DNA from: an uncultured bacterium
GTDB lineage: Bacteria > Verrucomicrobiota > Verrucomicrobiia > Verrucomicrobiales > DEV007
Direction: 5' to 3'
Assembly: GCA_963977015.1 (NCBI GenBank)
Contig: CAXBMO010000006.1
Location: 281,023 to 345,022 of the forward strand
DNA length: 64,000 nucleotides
This document shows positions 61,476-64,000 of the stretch, in pieces. The first letter of the stretch is position 1. Each line of letters starts with the position of its first letter. Position numbers and translations under genes: made by a program. The notes under the pieces are model-generated. The model did not search any database, was not told the DNA's origin, and saw only the letters and a program-made list of their open reading frames with translations.

Positions 61476-61889
61476 ATGGAATATAAATATACAGAATCAG
61501 CCGAGAAGGAGTTGGAGGACTTCAAGCGGGAACAGGTAGCGCTACTTGAGGACTTTGTCCGCAGGCGTAAATATGTGTATGGGGATGATCTAATTGAGGT
61601 GACAGGATCAGACGTGAAGGAAGCAAAGCGCCATTTCACGATCATCGATAATCGAAAGTCTAGCATCCGCCAACTGACCTTGGGAACCTACTTATTCATC
61701 GGGATCGTTACCTTGATCGGGGGGCTTTTCTACGAGCAAATCCGCGCAGCGATGACCGGCGATCCCACTCAACTAATGATAATTCTGATGGGGGTCACGA
61801 TGATCTTCGCCAGTCTATTTGGTCATTGGTGGTTCCGCTTTCGTGATCGCATTCGTGCCGAACGCAGGGAATTCACCGACGAGAAATAG
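61476..61889 (+). CDS. Cassette 2 gene B: histone-fold-like N-domain plus two TM helices
   Basis: YTESAEKELEDFKREQVALLEDFVRRRKY..IEVTGSDVKEAK, then LTLGTYLFIGIVTLIGGLFY and LMIILMGVTMIFASLFGHWWF. Confidence 0.6.
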   Translation: MEYKYTESAEKELEDFKREQVALLEDFVRRRKYVYGDDLIEVTGSDVKEAKRHFTIIDNRKSSIRQLTLGTYLFIGIVTLIGGLFYEQIRAAMTGDPTQLMIILMGVTMIFASLFGHWWFRFRDRIRAERREFTDEK

Positions 61890-61893
61890 ACGA

Positions 61894-62016
61894 GGGCTAA
61901 CAAGACGTGGCTACCAACAGGCTGCCCGCCGCGAGTCGAAAGCGTCATGACAACTCAACCATCAACCCTGAATTCGGAGCGCGCCCTCAGGCAGCCTGTG
62001 GCAGCACTCTGACGTT
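61894..62016 (+). mobile_element. Integron attC site 2, interrupted after the GTT of R'
   Basis: R'' GGGCTAAC (complement of the cassette start GTTAGCCC), stem ACAGGCTGCC/GGCAGCCTGT, ending CTGACGTT followed by GTGCG. Confidence 0.88.
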
Positions 62017-64000
62017 GTGCGCCAAGCGAAGCGAGGCGTTTCTTATGATATGAAAGTAATCTTGTGATAAAACCTAGCCAGTAGTCACTACCGAGTGTTG
62101 CGTTCATGTTAGCTAAGCCAGAGAAGATTCGCGGAAGCCGCCGCGTGACCAAGGCCCAATTCCATTCGCCCCTTGCGAATGGCTGGCGGAACAGCATGGA
62201 TGAAGCGTACACAGGGAATCGACTAGCCCACAGGGAGGTTCGCACCCTCCCGAATGGTTGTATTTTGACAGCCCCGTAATAGCTAAGCGCGATGGTTCAG
62301 GACTTAACGTTATCTGAAAACAGCATCGGCTTCCGCGATTTCAATGGCGAGCGGAGGTCGGCGTCGCCGGGGTCTAAAGACCGTGGGATGGTCGAAGAGA
62401 AGCGATATTAAAATGAGTCGGAATTCACCGGATAAGAAGACCGATTCACCTCGAACTTGGGAGGCCTCGCCGCCGTCCTTGCTGGGGAATGATCCCCGTG
62501 AGGTGACCGATACCCAACCCAAAGAAGGGATCGGTGGAAGTGGTGAGGAGTCAGACCCGCCCATACTACTCCGAGACGGTAACGCCGTTCACATGGGGAA
62601 GGGGGCTGGTGTAAAAACCAGTAGGGCGGAGAATCAACGCGGACATTGCACCGACACGAGGGGAAGGAATGCCCCCAAACAAAGTGTCTCAAGCACCCTG
62701 TCTGCCCTGTCACGCAAGGCTGCGAAGGAGCCGAAGCATCGCTTCCGGTCTCTGGAGCGGCTGATCGACTTGCAGATGCTCTACGAATGCTTCCATAACC
62801 TGAAACGCAAGGCCGCGCCCGGAGTGGACGGCGTTGTGGTGGAAGACTATGAGAAGAACTTGGATGAGAATCTGCGAGATCTGGAGAAGCGTCTGCGGGA
62901 AAAGCGCTACCGGGCGCAACCTGTGAGACGCCGGTATATTCAGAAGGCGGGAAGCCGGAAACGGCGTCCGCTGGGTATACCAACCTTGGAAGATAAGATC
63001 GTACAACAAGCAGCAAGCTGGATCTTGCAAAGTATCTACGAAGAGGATTTTAGCGAACGCAGCGTCGGGTATCGGCGAGGCGTGCCTGGTCCCCGGAAAT
63101 GCAGCTACCAACTGTCCCGCGAGTTAGACAGCGGTGTCTACCGATGGGTGGTGGAGGCTGACATCCGGAGCTTCTTCGATGATGTGAACCATGACTGGCT
63201 GCTGCGGATGCTGGAACAACGCGTCAACGACCGCTCTTTCCTGAAATTGATCACCAAATGGCTGAAGGCCGGAGGGCTGGATGCCGAGGCGAACAATGTT
63301 TGGGAAGAGAGCGTGAGTGGCACGCCGCAAGGAGGCATCATCTCCCCGGTCCTGGCTAATATATACCTGCACTACGTGTTGGATCTATGGCTGGAGAAAC
63401 GGTTCCGCAAGGAACTGGAGGGGCGGATGCTGTGGATGCGTTTTGCCGATGACTTCATCGTGTGTTTTTGAGAGGAAACGCGACGCGGAGAACTTCCTGG
63501 CTCAGCTTGGTCCCCGGCTTCGTGAGTTTAGCCTCACGTTGGCCGAGGAGAAAAGCGGATTGGTGAAGTTCAACCGGTGGGAGCCGGATAGCAGCGGGAA
63601 GTTCACCTTCCTGGGGTTCGACTTCTACTGGGCGCGCACGCGCCGGAATCGCAATCACAAGATGGTCAAACGCAGAACGAGCAGGAAGAAGCTTCGCGCG
63701 GCGTTAGGCGGGATGAAAGACTGGATTCGGACCAATATGCATAAGCCCTTGGACTGGATCGTGGAACGGCTTCGGGCCAAACTGATGGGTCACTGGAACT
63801 ACTACGGCGTTCTGGGAAACAGCCAGCGTCTGGGCACCTACGAGCGGGAGGTCAAGGGATTGATCTTCAAATGGCTCAATCGTCGCAGCCAGCGCAAGAG
63901 CTTTACCTGGGAAAAGCTGTTAGCCCGGTGGACCACGGTGTGGCAACTGCCGCCCGCGAGGGTGGTGGAAGAAATCGACCCCGCCTATCAACCCCGCCTT
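62017..64000 (+). mobile_element. Group II intron (class E-like), 3' end outside the window
   Basis: 5' GTGCG at 62017; about 650 nt of non-coding leader; candidate EBS1 AACGTT (62306-62311) in a stem-loop; RT/maturase ORF. Confidence 0.88.
62669..64000 (+). CDS. ltrA: Group II intron reverse transcriptase/maturase, frameshifted at T5 63465-63469; start uncertain
   Basis: [53 protein letters not shown]. After a +1 shift: [23 protein letters not shown] (domain X). ATG 62669 behind GGAAGGA needs one extra C in the C5 run to be in frame. Confidence 0.92.

Noticed and set aside
62093-62100. GAGTGTTG as EBS2 pairing with exon CAGCACTC
   Set aside because: Complementary, but about 210 nt upstream of the EBS1 candidate, farther than usual; cannot be supported without folding domain I.
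62344-62668. N-terminal ~108 aa of the 375-aa RT ORF in the track
   Set aside because: Overlaps intron RNA domains and has no RT similarity; homology starts near [10 protein letters not shown].
28908-64000. Four-helix-bundle (Avd-like) gene plus RT plus 298-bp repeat as a diversity-generating retroelement
   Set aside because: The RT has group II domain X and a GTGCG boundary, the parts are tens of kb apart, and the repeat mismatches are not confined to adenines on either strand.
62017-64000. RT as a retron or defence RT of the cassette array
   Set aside because: Has domain 0, domain X and a long intron leader. No retron-type VTG motif or msr-msd inverted repeats recognised.
1-64000. tRNA, rRNA or riboswitch genes
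   Set aside because: None recognised by eye; a tRNAscan/Rfam search was not possible.

Overview
GC-rich bacterial window, most likely PVC superphylum (Verrucomicrobiota-like). This is inferred from DUF1501/DUF1549/DUF1552/DUF1592, planctomycete cytochrome c and SHD1 proteins; all family calls come from motif reading, not database searches. Backbone, left to right: a hybrid histidine kinase; many secreted glycan-active or hydrolase genes (SGNH, Asp-box propellers, GH5, GH16, GH42-like, sialidase, sulfatase); an ExbB-ExbD-TolA/TonB-like trio; a minus-strand PVC DUF cluster; a Usp plus Ca-type P-ATPase pair; an RND pump; and a P1B-5 ATPase. Accessory layer: (1) three small genes each bracketed by their own palindromic repeats (RAYT with REP doublets, four-helix-bundle gene with heptamer tracts, GxxExxY nuclease with CACGGAT hairpins); (2) a decayed Rhs/HExxH toxin-immunity island between 298-bp direct repeats; (3) a TIR-DUF4013 membrane fusion; (4) at the right end, an integron cassette array with no visible integrase. 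Cassette 1 encodes a multi-domain TIR protein. Cassette 2 encodes two small histone-fold-like proteins with two transmembrane helices each, the best candidate for an undescribed system. The second attC is interrupted by a class E-like group II intron in the same orientation, whose predicted EBS1 matches the attC end. Several homopolymer frameshifts suggest long-read assembly errors.
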